A stretch of DNA of 64,000 nt from Amoebidium appalachense (GCA_963693365.1 CAVNZM010000007.1:915979-979978); one strand, 5' to 3'; shown: positions 40,984 to 55,255, counted from the first letter of the stretch. The notes: generated from the letters alone by a model not told the origin. A program made the numbers and translations.

Positions 40984-41304
40984 GTTGCAGGCGTAGTAGT
41001 GCCCGGCCAGTTACGTAAGCCAGTGGGTACATAGCCTTGGAGACTACCTTTCCTAGGCCACGTTAAAAATTCGTTACTAGACGTGTTCGTGTAGTACGAG
41101 TAGGCACGTTATGGTGTGTGTGCATGATGACGTTTCCACAGACGGCAATGTCTACACCATTAGAATTGCCTCTTCTTTTATTTTAAACCTACTCGAAAAA
41201 CTACAACAGCAACCGTGAGTCTACACCCTTTTATCCTCCTTTTCATGTGCTGCTACTTCCTCCTTTACTCCTGTTTTTCGTTATATCACCATTTCAATCT
41301 TACC

Positions 41305-41520
41305 ATGCATCCTGGTCCCCTATATGATAGTGTCCAAGGTAGATTCTGTGTGAGATGATTTTTTGTCTGATACACCAAAGCAAACGCACCCAACATGGCT
41401 TTCCCCTTACCAATGCTTTCTGTGTGCCTGCTGCCTGGGTGTGTGTGTGTAACGGTTGGGGGCCCGGGGGAAAGGGGTGGGGGGGTTGTTGTCGGGCGGG
41501 GAGGGGAGAGGGGTGGGGGT

Positions 41521-41564
<44 letters not shown>

Positions 41565-42022
41565 CGTGATGGTAGCCGCATCTGCAATCTGAAGGGTGAA
41601 GGGGGTGAGGGGGGGCTTTCTGTGTGCCTGGTGCCTGGGTATGTGTGTGGGTGGGGAGGGGGGGGCGCGGGGGGGGGGGGGGGGGGGGGGGAGAGGGGGG
41701 AGGGGGGGGGGGGGGGGTAGGGGAGGGAGGGAAGGGAGGCTGCAGAGTACTAGTGGTGGTCGCTGCATCTACCATCTGAAGGGGCGGGGGAGGGGGCGGG
41801 TGGGGGGGGAGCCTTGAGGGGTGGCGCCAAACACCCCGGTGGCAGTGCACCATGGTCACAGCCACCAACAACCTGTTCACCTACGGCACCGGGTTGTGCC
41901 AATAAACTCAGTGTCCGTGGGGCGTGTCCCTCCTTCACAACATCCCTGAGAAGCTTTGTGTGGGCGTGTGATTGTTGTCTTTGCCGGAAATATTGCCCGA
42001 GGGGGGTGAAGGGGGGGGGGGG

Positions 42023-42065
<43 letters not shown>

Positions 42066-42302
42066 ATTGAAACCCCATAAGTGTACAGCAAGTCTAGACC
42101 ATACACACCGTGCGGTAACTTCCCTTCCTCGGCGCCTGCGCAGCAAGCACACACACTTCCGCTTTCCTTAGGACTTGGACTGCCTGACTGGCGCCCGCGG
42201 CGTAGCGGGCGCCCAGACCTACTTGTACTCTTCAAAATACGTACCTCGTACTCTGTGCTCCCCTCCTCTCCCCCCCCCCCTGCCTCATACACACACTGAC
42301 AT

Positions 42303-42334
<32 letters not shown>

Positions 42335-42735
42335 CTTCCCCCCCCCCTCCCCCCCCACACACACACGCGCGCGCACACACACAGTGTGAAGAGCAGCAGT
42401 GGCAAGGTGCTACGTGAGGTCGACTACACTGGTCAGCACATCTTGGCCGCAATGAAGAAAATGCGCAACGAGGAATTCGAGGTCAACAACCCCCCCCCCC
42501 CCCCCCCCTTTCCCACCAATAGTAGAAGGAAGGGAAAACCTTCAACCCCTCCCTTTCCCCCCATCCCCCCCCCCCCCCCGGAAAAATAAATAAATAAATA
42601 AATAAACTCCCAACCATACCCCCCGCAGAAGGATGGGCTTCATTCTAACGCATGACCTTTGTAGGTGCATCGTTTTGCACATTATGTGTTGTGTTTGTCT
42701 TCGTAAATGTATACCCTGTACTCTGTAACACATTC

Positions 42736-42769
<34 letters not shown>

Positions 42770-44584
42770 ACCGCACACACACACACAAAAATAAGAACAA
42801 GTTAAAATTAAATAATAATAAATAATAATGAAAAAAAACAAAAACAAAAAGAAAAAGAAAACACCAGAAAACACCCACCCGGGTTATCTAGAATTAAATA
42901 GACAAACTTTAGAGAGTTGTTGACACTTGGATACACGTATCACATGCAGGTGGTGGAGGGAGATTCCATCTCGTGGTCTATGGAGATCAAGGTGGCCAAG
43001 CCACTGAAGGTGAGCATAACCTACTTTGCCCGTTGGAGCATGACACCGGTTTCTATACTTTCCATTTTGCCGATGTGTTTATTAGAAATCTTTTGATGTT
43101 TTTACTTCGCTAGTTTTGTGTCAGTTCTGTCACCTCTTCGGCCCCCCTCCCCCTTCCCCTGCCTGCCCTTTCCCTCTGGACTTATGACGCAGTCTTTTGG
43201 TGCGCTTTGCAAATCCTGCATTGTTGCGTCCGTGATTGCGTGCTTCATACTCTTCAGCAGTCCCCCCCCCCCCCCTCCCCCCAAATAGGTCGAAACTCGG
43301 GTACTGTGGATGACGTGGGCCCCCCCTGAGGATGGGCTCTGCATTATTATGCATACTCTTTATGTATGGCTTGCATTCTGCATCGTGTTATCTGTTTGTT
43401 CTTGTGCACTTCGTACTTTTTGACGCATTCAAACCCCCCCCCCCCTCCTTCACCCGGGGGGGCCACCACCAGCCACCAACCAACCCCACCAAGCCGTTGT
43501 CCATGGTGAATGTGTATATATTTCTCTGTAACGGTTTGAACCTCTCCCCCCCCCCCCCCCCCCCCCCCCCCCAAAAGAAAACACGCACACACACACACGC
43601 ACGCACACATACATCAAAAAGAAAAAGAAAAAGAAAGACAACGAGAAAAGAAAATATGAAGGAAGGAAAGAAGGACGAAAGAACAGAAAACGTCCACTTG
43701 CAATTGGTCGAAACGTTGTCGCACACACACACGCACAGTAACTAACAACACCGCTCTTTGTCCAGAATGTTGTACTACGTGAGCGCATCTACAGCAATTG
43801 GGACATCACGGAACTCAAGAAGCCAGGGTTCCTCACAGTCAATCCCTTTGGGGAGACACGGGAGGTACGCAAGGGTAACTATGAGCCCAGGGAGGAGAAC
43901 GTGGTACTGGAGATGCCCGAGTACAAGGTGTGTACGTGTGTGTGTGTGTGTTTGCGTGTTTGCAAGTGAGTATGTGCTTGTGTCTATATGTGCCTGTAAA
44001 GTCGCTGCTATGTTTATGTGTGTGTGTATGTGACACAGTTGCGGCGTGTGTGTGCACGTGTGTACACGGTGTGTGTGCTTGTGCCTATATGCTCTAGTTC
44101 GCTGTTCATGATGCGGGTTTAGGGGAAAGTTGTATGGATCCCGCCCCCCCCCCCTCCCTATCCTTCCCCTCACTCCCCCGTCTCACCCAGGATTTTTTTT
44201 TTCGTTTGACCCTTCCTCCTCCCCACTCCCCCCCCCCCCCCCCACACACACACACACAATCATCTTACACACACCCATCATTGTTGTATGGGAGTGCTTG
44301 ATAAATGGAAAAATGGGGAAATGCACGCTCAACCCAAACTCATGTATGTTATGCGCTAACTAGTGCTAACAATAATGCCCTCTGTACAGGTGAAGGGGGG
44401 GTTCTTCGAACGTGGTCACTACGTCATGGAGATTAGTGTGGAGGCTGAGGGGGTGTCCTACGAGCGTCTCACCACGAAATTTGAAATTGTCGCATCCCCT
44501 CTTCCTGCACCGACGACTACACCTTCCATCACAGAAGGAACGGCTGCTACCACACCTCCCTCAGCCACACCAACAACTTCTTAG
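41305..44584 (+). CDS. Divergent Rho GDP-dissociation inhibitor-like (RhoGDI Ig-fold) protein. Firm exons 42385-42481, 42950-43009, 43766-43927 and 44390-44584; tentative 5' exons 41305-41338 and about 42171-42248
   Basis: ...MKKMRNEEFE/VVEGDSISWSMEIKVAKPLK/NVVLRERIY...RKGNYEPREENVVLEMPEYK/VKGGFFERGHYVMEISVEAEGVSYERLTTKFEIV parallels the RhoGDI motifs FxxxEG..Y.I...F.V, GSYGPR, GMLARG.Y and the terminal W/F.I strand. The firm exons are joined by phase-0 GT-AG junctions. The 5' junction phase is unresolved. Confidence 0.7.
42625..43433 (+). repeat. Copies of the poly(C)-terminated repeat in RhoGDI-like introns: 42625-42736 (degraded), about 43175-43260 (degraded) and 43284-43433 (longest subtype A)
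   Basis: 43284-43433 reads ATAGGTCGAAACTCGGGTACTGTGGATGACGTGGGCCCCCCCTGAGGATGGGCTCTGC...GACGCATTCAAA plus poly(C). The span also includes one RhoGDI exon. Confidence 0.8.
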
Positions 44585-45090
44585 ACTCACCCTCTCCGGG
44601 TCAACATCAAGCTAGTTGCTCATGAACTCAGACACAGTTAATAATGACTACGAATGGAAATTTTTTGGTAGTGAAGGCGTCTTCTTGCATAGCTTCCTTT
44701 TGGTCTATTTTGCATAATGAATCGGCCTGTCTGTATTGTCCTGAAATGGTATTGCGCTCATGAGGCAAGGTAGGAGTCGAATTGGAGTACAAATCGAGCG
44801 TTGCATTTGGATTTGATTACAGCTGTAACTGTTGTGATTTCTTTAAACATGTATCCTTGAAGGTAATTGCAGTTGACAATGTGCATATCAGCAGCTGGTA
44901 CCGTGCATTTAAAGTGATGGTAAGCCAGAGCTTTGATGAATATCAAAACTTTGTTATGATTGCACCACTTAAACAAGCTCTAACATCAAATAATCACAGA
45001 ATTGAAGTGTCTTTTCCCTGGTTTACGTGTACGTGTGCGTGTGTGTGTGTGTGTGTGTCACAGTGAAGTTTAATAAGTGAAGTTGCACTG

Positions 45091-45141
<51 letters not shown>

Positions 45142-46429
45142 GCCACTGCTAACACTACTAATTGAGAGGTTTTATATGGTCACTTCTACGTTCAGCCAGC
45201 TGCGTGATTGTATGTGACAAGTGGCTGGGTCTTAAAAGTTCAAAACTCTCGTTGAGGGTTGACGTACTAAGACGAGCTCACCGGGTTCGTCGGCAACAGG
45301 GATCAATTTTTTCACCGTGGAAATTTAAAGTATGTATGCTCATATTGCAGGGGTCTGATGCAAAATAAAAGACTTGTGATTTTGAACTTTGTAGGCCATG
45401 CACGGTTCACGTGATTTGTTCGCTGGGTCGAAATACGTGCTCTGTATCGATCGATCCTAGCGGGGAATTTGTTGGAACTCGAACTGATTCTGCGGCTTCA
45501 CAGCTGTGACCTTTTATGCGTTTCCGGACAGCAGGGCAAATAAAGATGAAGTTCCCATGACAAAACCTCATAAAAGCTTAGACTCAATCAGCGTATCCGG
45601 ATAAAGTGCAGTAGGTGCTGATAGGAACTATTTCAAAGTTAAACGACTCTCTTTATAAAATGTCATGCATTTATTTTGTCGCTTTGTTCGTATCCACTCA
45701 GAAACAGCGTCCGAAAAATGGAACCCTCTGCATGCTTGGAGTATCCACAAAAGATTTTTGCAGCCTCAATGAGTTTCTTTGAACTGCTCAAGGTTGCGGG
45801 GTTTCCCCCTTTATTTTGGGAATAAATAATGGAATAAAAATTTAGCACAAAAAATAAAAACCACATTTGTGATTCAAACACTACTGCTAGTGATAGAGCC
45901 CAATACCTAAAAAATGGGAGTTATCTAGAACTTTAGAAATGCTATGTCTATACTGCCCAGACGGGACACAGAAGAGGCCTCCAGCAAAAAACTTTCATGC
46001 GAAATATATTATAGTCATTGTGTAAATGTTTATACATCTAAAAAAAATGTTGTTACAAATAGTTGTAAAGTAGAGCATGTATGCTGTAGTAAACTTGAAT
46101 AGCTCGATAACTACCGTCGAGCTTTAGGCTCAGTGAGGTCGGGATATAATTGGGTGAGATCCACTCAATCATCATTAGCTATGATATCAGCTGTACCGAG
46201 GCATGTCGATGACCCATGACGCCTGACGGAACTCATGTAAGTCATGGCACATTTCGATGTTATGCTTTGCAAACAGCTAAAATATGATTTATATCATATA
46301 TGCTGGAACATTATATTGTTCATCTCCTTGAGAGCTTGCTCTTTATTGGCATAATGGACCATGCCTGGGAACCCCCATCAGATATGTACATGAGTGATCA
46401 CGGAGATCACCTCATCCTCATGCTTTTTT

Positions 46430-47400
46430 TTGCATTTGCCAATCAATTTTAGGCCTTAGATCAAACACGATTGGTTAACTCAAGCCAATAGGACGTGGGA
46501 GGAGCGGGTGTTAAACAAGAAACTTCACGTGTGCAGTAGACAACACAATGTTGATGTCATAGTGTCACGCCTGGAAGGGAAAAGGGCACGCCGTGGGAAT
46601 TAACGCGCTAGGGACCCAGAACAATAAACGTATATGTCACATTGGAGTAAAAATCCATTTGCTCTGCGAAGTATTGGGGCTTCATGATATGTTTGGTTGG
46701 GCACACGGGGACAATTCAGGTAAATTTGCACAGCTCCGGAAATCTTCCTTTTTCGAGCCTTCCCAATCCAAAACTAGATAACGTGATGTGAATGGCAAAG
46801 GCCAATAAAAAGACGCTATTCACGTGAAGGAGGGAGACAGCGTTAGAACAGCATGACGGATAGCCAATGGTACGGCTTCAGATTTAGGGTAGTTGAGGTA
46901 AACAAAGTAAAAACCATTAGAAAGCAAAATGGACGTCTAGCAAGGAGCCGAAAATCATCAAAGCTAATACTTTAATAAATGAGAAACATGACTAAGCAAT
47001 GGATCTATAATCAAATGTAGATGTACCAGGTGTAGAAATCCTGCGGCGTAATGTACAGATTTTTCCGAAACACCAATAGGAACGAGGTTTGGCAGCTTTT
47101 TCTTGTTTACCAATGTCGCCCGTGACTGACGACGAGCGAATGGTGATCGAAAGAGAGAGTTAAGTTACTTCAATAACCAGAAAACCATGAGAATTTTACC
47201 TTTGGCGATCCGATTTATCTGAAATGATGTGTGTAAGCTATTACGTAACACTTTATGCAGCCACACTCTGCCGCTGTTCACTTTTCTCCCTCACTCCGAA
47301 TATGAATCCTCCTATACTCAAATGCATTTAATTCGCTTATAGTCATGTCTGGCTGATGCCGCTCATGCAAAGTATTTTGAGCTTTAGAGGAGTATATAAA
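46430..47400 (+). promoter_or_regulatory. Putative glutamate synthase promoter with multiple CCAAT boxes, CACGTG E-boxes and TATATAAA at 47393-47400
   Basis: CCAAT at about 46439, 46484, 46802, 46864, 47072 and 47110; CACGTG at about 46526 and 46820; TATA about 300 bp upstream of the ATG. A probable 5'-UTR intron has a gtatgt donor at about 47604 and a ctgcag acceptor at 47674. Confidence 0.45.
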
Positions 47401-47698
47401 GGCCCGCTAACTTTGATATCGAACTGTACCCCCCTTGGCCTTTCTCAGTGGTACGTTTGTGCCCTTTTTATCCGCGGCATACACGTGCTTCGCTTGTGCA
47501 AACGTTAGTGGTCGTTTGAATGTTAGGAGCATGCGAGCAACGTTTTTAGGTGGTGCAAAACAACTATTATAGCGAGATTTGGTTATAGGCATAGCAAGCA
47601 CCTGGTATGTGTTGAGCCTGCAAGCTTTGAACCCTTGTAAACGTGCTGATATCTTTGTGCCTCTCTCCCTGCAGTAGTAAAGCTTGGGGATCGCGAAG

Positions 47699-50600
47699 AT
47701 GACGCCACAGGCCAAGGTAGGCGGTTCCTTCCTCGTTTCCCCCCCCCCCTCTTCCCCCCCCCCCCCCCCCACCTCTTTTTCTCTCTCCCTCTCTCTAGTT
47801 CACTCTCTCCCTCTCTCCCCCCGCCCCCTGTTGACTCCCCCCCCTTTTTCCTCCCTTCCCGATCCCTTCCACACTGGCTCCCTCCTTTCGCTAGCCCGCT
47901 TGCTTTGCCCAAATCACACCCCTTTTCCGCTCCTCCCCTCCTCCCCCTCCTCTCTGCCCTTCCCTTCTATGCCTTCTGCCTTCCGTCACTTTTGGCACAT
48001 TCGCACCGAGTCAAGGCTTCAGTCACTTCTTCCTTTCCCCCCTGGTCTACAGCCCTGCCTCTTTAGAAGTAGAGAGCCCTGAGGGTAGAAGTTTTGTGTC
48101 CTACCTTTTGTTGTGAAGGTGCATTATTGTTTGTTGCTTACCGTGCGTTGGTATATAGGAAACGTGCGTCAAGTGCCATCAGACCCTGCGGGTGGATGAG
48201 CACGAAAATGGTTTCGATGCCTTCCCCAAGAAGGACGGCCTCTACGACCCAGAGAACGAGAGGGACTCGTGTGGTGTCGGGTTCGTTGTCAATATTAAGG
48301 GTATGTTTCTCTAGGCTTTTCTCGGCTTAGCTTTGTGAAGGTTTGTGGTTGCTTGTTGGGAAGTCGGGGAAAGGGGGGTGACGGACAGTAGAGTGGAATA
48401 ATATCAAGGTTATGTATTTGTTGGTTGTTATAGATTTGTGAAGAACTGTGGTTGCTTTATGGGAGAGTCGGGGATATTGGTGTGACGGACAGCAGAATGG
48501 AGTAACGGAGTTAGAGAGCTTGGCATATGGGTAAGGGAAAAGAAAGGCCCCCAGAAGTTATAAGAAACAAGCAAAGGTTTCACGGAAGATGCTAACTCTA
48601 GCACCTGCCTGCCTTCTAGGTGTTCCATCGCGCGCCAACGTCACGGATGCACTGTCCATCCTTGCCAACATGGACCACAGAGGTGCATGTGGCTGTGAAG
48701 AGAACACTGGTGACGGTGCTGGTATTTTGACCGGCATCCCCCACACCTTCATGGCCGAGGTAGCCAAGAACGAGCTTGGTAAGTGTCTCTCTGTTGACTT
48801 TCCGTGGTTCCTTTCCCTTGCTCGATTGTAGCTTAGATGGCTGTGTCTGAAAGAACATGGTTACTGTAGATGCTTTATTGATATTCTCTGCCCCCCTTCC
48901 AGGTGTCGACCTCCCAGCATCGGGCAAGTATGCCACCGGCAACGTTTTCCTCAGCCGCAACGAGGGGCTGTGTGAGGAGTCTCGTCGGGTGTTTGTTCAG
49001 TTGGCTGCAGAGCTTAAGCTCAAGGTGCTGGGCTGGCGCCCAGTCCCCGTGGACAACTCTATGATTGGTCCCTCTGCACTCAGGGTAAGTGAAAGAAAGG
49101 GTGATGATATGTCTAGAAAGGCAGGAAGCACATACAGATAGTAGAAATGAGAGGGGTTTGGGAGGGGGAAATGCTCTGGGCCAGGGGCCTGGTGTAATGT
49201 GGGGAGGGGGAAGGGAGGTAGGGAGGGAGGAGCCAAAAGCGACAGGAGGGGGGTGAAGGAAGGCAAAGGGTTATGGTGTGTGTGGGGGGGAAGCGGGGGC
49301 AGCTCACGGTCAGCAAAGCTGGGTCGGTTTTAACGTTGGGTATGGTTTCCAGGTCGAGCCCCGGACAGAGCAGCCATTCATTGTGGCCGAGGATGAGAAT
49401 ATGGACATTACCACCCTCGACAGGTTGTGCTTTGTTTTGCGTAAGCGCGCCGGCCACGCATTGCCAAAGGAGACTAAGAGTTTCTACATTTGCTCTCTCT
49501 CGCCTCGCACCATTGTCTACAAGGGTCAATTGGCGTCGTACCAGGTTAAGCAGTATTTCCTTGATTTGCAGAACCCCAAGTACGAGTCTCATATTGCCCT
49601 TGTCCACTCTCGCTTCTCCACCAACACTTTCCCTTCGTGGTCACGCTCCCAGCCGTTCCGTTTCCTCGGTCACAACGGTGAGATCAACACGTTGCGCGGC
49701 AACAAGAACTGGATGCGCGCTCGTGAGGGTACCCTCAAGAGTGAGACGTTTGGTGACGTCACCAAGTCACTCTTCCCCATCATTGAGCCCGGCGGTTCGG
49801 ACTCTGCTGCTTTTGACAACGTGCTCGAGTTCCAGCTGATGAACGGCACACGCACCCTGCCCGAAATCATGATGATGATGGTGCCTGAGGCCTGGCAGAA
49901 CGACAAGAACATGCCAGAGGACAAGCGTGCCTTCTACGAGGTGGGTGCTGATGTTTGGAAGGGGGGAGGGGGGGGGGGGGGGGGTGGGGCAGTTGGTGTG
50001 TGTTGGGGGCGGGGAGGTAAGATAGTGAAGGAATGGGTGAAAGTTGAAAGGGATGCCGAGAGCAGCACTATGGCTAAAAGTGTGTAGCGGCTGTGTGCAG
50101 GGCCTAACTGTGTGTGTTTGCAGTGGGCCTCGTTCGTGCAGGAGCCCTGGGACGGGCCTGCGCTCTTCACCTTCACGGATGGTCGCTACATTGGTGCCAT
50201 TCTCGACCGTAACGGTCTGCGCCCTGCCCGTTACTACGTCATGGATGACGACCGCATGATCATGGGCTCCGAGGTCGGTGTGCTGCACACACCCCTTAAG
50301 AACGTGCTGGCAAAGGGCCGCCTGCAGCCTGGCCGCATGTTGCTGGTGGACACGGAGGAGCATCTTATCGTGGACGATGCCGAGCTCAAGCACAAGATGG
50401 CCTCCTCCCAGCCCTTCCAGGAGTGGCTTGATGCTGAGGTGCGTGTTGAGATATCTGGTGTGTGTGTGGAGGGGGGGGGGGGGGGGCTGAGTAAGGCTTC
50501 TATGGTCTTGTCTATTCCTACAGGACCAATCCAGGGGTGGAAAGTGTATGGGCTAGGTGGGGGACAATAGGAAGGAAAACGATTAAGCATCGTGTTGGAG

Positions 50601-53218
50601 CTAAGGGGGGTGAAGTTGCATGGGAAGGAAGGTGGGAGCCAAAAAGTCTGTGGTGCAAAGGGGGCGAGGTGAAGGAAGAGTTTATGGTATGAGAGATGGC
50701 AGTGAGCTGACGGGCTGTGTCTGTGCAGGCCATCCGCGTGCCGGACCTGCTGGCCAAGCTGCACCAGGAGGATGCAGACCACCACCTGGTCGAGGACGGC
50801 ACCAGCGTGCTCAAGGACAGCCGCCTGCAGGCCTTTGGCTGGACCGTCGAGCACATCAACATGCTGGTCAAGCCCATGGTGGAGGGCTCCAAGGAGGGTA
50901 GGTCGCAGCATCCCCCTTTCTCCAACCCCTCCCCCCCCCCCCCCCCCCCCCCCCAAAAGAAAATACACACGCACGTCTTTCCCAACCTCAACTTTTCCTG
51001 TCTGTCCCCCCCCCCCCCCCCCCCCCCCCCAACCTGAAGAGTCGCCCTGCCCTTGTCTTCTAACCCCTCCCGCCCCCCGTAAAGATGCTGTCCTTATTTC
51101 CTGGAACTGGTCTGCTTTTGCTCCTAACGTAACTGTTCTGGGCTCCCGGGCTGGACATGTCACTCACATGCCGCATTTTTTCATGCTTCAGCTCTGGGCT
51201 CGATGGGTAACGATGCACCCCTTGCCTGCCTGAGCAAGAAGCCCCGCCTGGTCTACGACTACTTCAAGCAGCTTTTTGCCCAGGTCACCAACCCCCCCAT
51301 CGATCCCTTCCGCGAGAAGATCGTCATGTCTCTGCGCTGCGCCATTGGCCCCGCATTCAACATCCTGGCCACCAGCCGTGCCCAGTGCAACCGCCTTGTG
51401 ATCGACAACCCCATTCTGTCGGTCAAGGAGTTCCGTGCCATCAAGCAGATGGAGGCTGTGCATGCCGGCTGGAAGGTCGCTACACTCGACATCACCTTCC
51501 CCCGCTCTGAGGACACTGCTGGTCTGTCCAAGGTCAGTGTTACCCCCCCCCCCCCCCCCCCCTGCCCCCACCTCGACTTCAACACCACCTGTATTTGTCC
51601 TCCCCCCCCCCCCCCCCCCCCCCCCAGCCCCTCCCCGGAACCAGTAGCACACATGCAAAGTCATGCCCTATGGGTCACATTAATTGCACCGGTTCTCTCG
51701 ATTAGAGACAATTTCTCCTTGATGATAAAAACACACCTTCCCTCGGAGTAAGGTCTGACAATATGATGTTTAGGCGCTGGACCGGATCTGCGAGGAAGCC
51801 ACCAAGGCCATTGAGGAGGGCAACAAGCTGCTGGTCCTCTCCGACCGCGCTGTGAGCCCTGAGCGTGTGCCCATTCCTGCCGCTCTGGCCGTCGGTGCCG
51901 GTATGTACTGTACGGTTCCGGGGGGGGAGGAGGGTAGGGCATATCCTGAACAAGAAGGTGTTCTGGAAATGATGTGTGGGCTTGAAGGAGGGGAGGGGAT
52001 TTGGCAGGCATGGGGCATACACACGACATTGAATGGGAAAGTTGGAGTGGTTCAACAGAGTTTTGGTTGACATCCTGTCACTACAATCCTATTCAGTAGA
52101 TCTCTTAGCCTTCTATTGCTCTGATATAGAGTGATTTTCATTATAGATTCCTTAGCCACTCGACCACATGATCCTAACGTTGGACATGCTTCGCTTCGAG
52201 GGACTTTCCTAAGGATTTCTTTGGCTTTGATCTTGTTCTTTTTGTACCGTTTTTCTCTTGATACAATTTGAACTTTTAAGAAGCATTTTGAAAATCGGTG
52301 GGTTGGTAGGTGTGGGGGTCAACCAAAACTAAGTGTGTGCCACCATGGTGTACTGCATCAAAATGCCCCTGCATTGTGTCCTTACATGCATGCGCCTGCA
52401 GTGCACCAGTACCTCCTGCGGGAGAAGACCCGCCTGAAGTGCGGCATCATCCTCGAGAGTGGTGAGGTCAACATTGTGCACCAGATCTGTGTGCTGATGG
52501 GCTTTGGCTGCGACGCCATCTGCCCCTACCTGGTATTCGAGACCATGGCTCGCCTGCGCAAGGAGAATCTCATTGCCCCGGTACGTGCTACTGCTGCGTG
52601 CTTGACTCAGGCATCCTTGTGGGGGGAGGGGAGGGGGGATGACCTTATCGCTATGCTGTGAGCAACGCACGTTCACACATCACTACGCACACTGGCAACA
52701 TATACGAGTGAACACACATACACCTTAGATCCGCCTCCGTGTTTTGTGCTTTCTGTGCTCTTTCCTGTGCTATGCCGACTATAACACCCACACACACCTC
52801 TGCCTCTCCCAGTTCGAACTCCGCCCGTTCATACTCCCCCCCCTTGTTCACTGCACTGCCTACAGCAGTGATCAAAACACCTCTACGTGGTGCCCGATTG
52901 TGGATATCTTACCATGTGCGGACACAGATGACGGACGATGAGATTGCCAAGAACTTCAAGACGGCCGTGGACTACGGCATGCGCAAGGTGATGGCCAAGA
53001 TGGGCATCAGCACTCTGGAGTCCTACAAGGGCGCCCAGATCTTCGAGGCCGTTGGTCTTGGCCCCGATGTGATTGACCGCTGCTTTACCAACTGCGCAAG
53101 CCGCATCAAGGGTGTGGACATGGAGATCCTGGCCATGGAGGCCCTCTCCCGCCACATCTCGGGCTACCCCGATGCCCGTGAGGACGTGCCCGAGGTATGA
53201 AATGACTCTATCCCCCCC

Positions 53219-53249
<31 letters not shown>

Positions 53250-53400
53250 ACGAACACACATACTCTTTATGTATGGCTTGCATTCTGCATCGTGTTATCC
53301 GTTGTTCTTGTGTACTTTGTACTTTATGACGCATTCAACCCCCCCCCCCCCCACTAGCATATTAGCTCCTCTAGCTCTCCCTAGCTCCCTCTTCCTCCCT

Positions 53401-53438
<38 letters not shown>

Positions 53439-54638
53439 TTTTCCCCCCCCTCTTCCCCCTTTCCCCCTTGGTCCCAGCCTATACCTTGTATACATGGTTC
53501 ACTCTGCTCCACTGGCTAATGTGTGTGTCCACAGAACCAAATGGTGGAGAACCCCGGTGACTTCCACTGGCGCGATGGTGGTGAGGACCATATGAACTCT
53601 CCCAACGCCATTGCCGCCATCCAGGACGCCTCCAAGCGCAACAACCAGAGCAGCTACGACCGCTACGTCGTCGAATCCGACAAGCAGATCACCAACTGCA
53701 CCCTGCGCGGTCTCCTCGACTTCAACTTCAAGCCCGAGGATGAGATTCCCCTTGAGGAGGTCGAGTCTGCTAAGGACATTGTTCGTCGGTTCTGCACCGG
53801 TGCTATGAGCTACGGTTCCATCTCTCTCGAGGCTCACAGCACGCTTGCGCTTGCCATGAACCGCATTGGGGGCAAGTCCAACACGGGTGAGGGTGGTGAG
53901 GACGATTCTCGCTTCACCCCCATGGCTAACGGTGACTCCCTGCGGTCTGCCATCAAGCAGGTGGCCTCTGGCCGTTTCGGTGTGACGGCATGGTACCTGA
54001 CCAATGCGGACGAGCTTCAGATCAAGATGGCCCAGGGTGCAAAGCCCGGTGAGGGCGGTGAGCTGCCCGGCCACAAGGTGTCCGAGTCCATTGCCTCGTG
54101 CCGTAACTCCACCCCCGGCGTGGGCCTGATCTCCCCTCCCCCCCACCACGACATCTACTCGATCGAGGATCTCAAGCAGCTGATCTACGATCTGAAGTGC
54201 GCCAACCCCCAGGCCCGCGTGAGCGTCAAGCTCGTGTCTGAGGTCGGTGTGGGTGTGGTTGCTGCCGGTGTGGCCAAGGGCTTTGCCGACCACATTCTCA
54301 TCTCGGGCCACGACGGTGGAACCGGTGCTAGCAGTTGGACCGGTATCAAGCATGCCGGTCTGCCGTGGGAGCTGGGTCTGTCTGAGACCCACCAGACACT
54401 GGTGCAGAACGACCTCCGTGGCCGTGTCAGTAAGTGGCCCTGGTGCTGTGGGGGGGGGGGGGGGAGGGAGGGAGGTGGCTTGTGTTTGCATGCAAGGGCT
54501 CTGTCTGTTGCATGTCTTGAGAGCATCTGTGTGTCTGGATGACATAATTCACCTCTCACTGTTAGAGACCATCAAGTGTTAGAGACCATCAAATTGAAAT
54601 GTTCAATTGCTGATCTTTTGCTGCCCCTTGCTGCCCCT

Positions 54639-54703
<65 letters not shown>

Positions 54704-55255
54704 CACACACACACACACACAACACACACCAGTCCTCCAGACCGACGGTCAGATCCGTCACGGCCGTGACGTTGCCGTTGCCTGCCTGCTTGGTGCCGAG
54801 GAGTTCGGGTTTGCCACTGTGCCCCTCATCATCATGGGCTGCACGATGATGCGCAAGTGCCACCTGAACACATGCCCCGTGGGTGTTGCCACACAGGACC
54901 CCGAGCTGCGCAAGAAGTTTACGGGCCAGCCAGAGCACGTGGTCAACTACTTCTTCATGGTGGCCGAGCATTGCCGCAAGATCATGGCCAAGCTGGGCCT
55001 GCACACCATCAACGAGATGGTTGGCCGCACAGACAAGCTGCGCATGAACGACTCGTACCTCAACTTCAAGACACGGGGCCTGGACCTTGCCCCCATCCTC
55101 AAGATGGCCTCGGAGCTGCGCCCCGGTGCCGCCACGTACAATGTCACCAAGCAGCTGCACAAGCTGGCTGAGCGCAAGGACAACCAGGTGCGCATACCCC
55201 CCCCCCCCCCCCCCCCCCCCCATGTGCTATCTTGCATGTAACGATTGTTCTCCCC

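Noticed and set aside
53499-54545. 348-aa minus-strand ORF and other long antisense ORFs over GLT1
   Set aside because: They are shadows of the GC3-biased glutamate synthase exons on the + strand.
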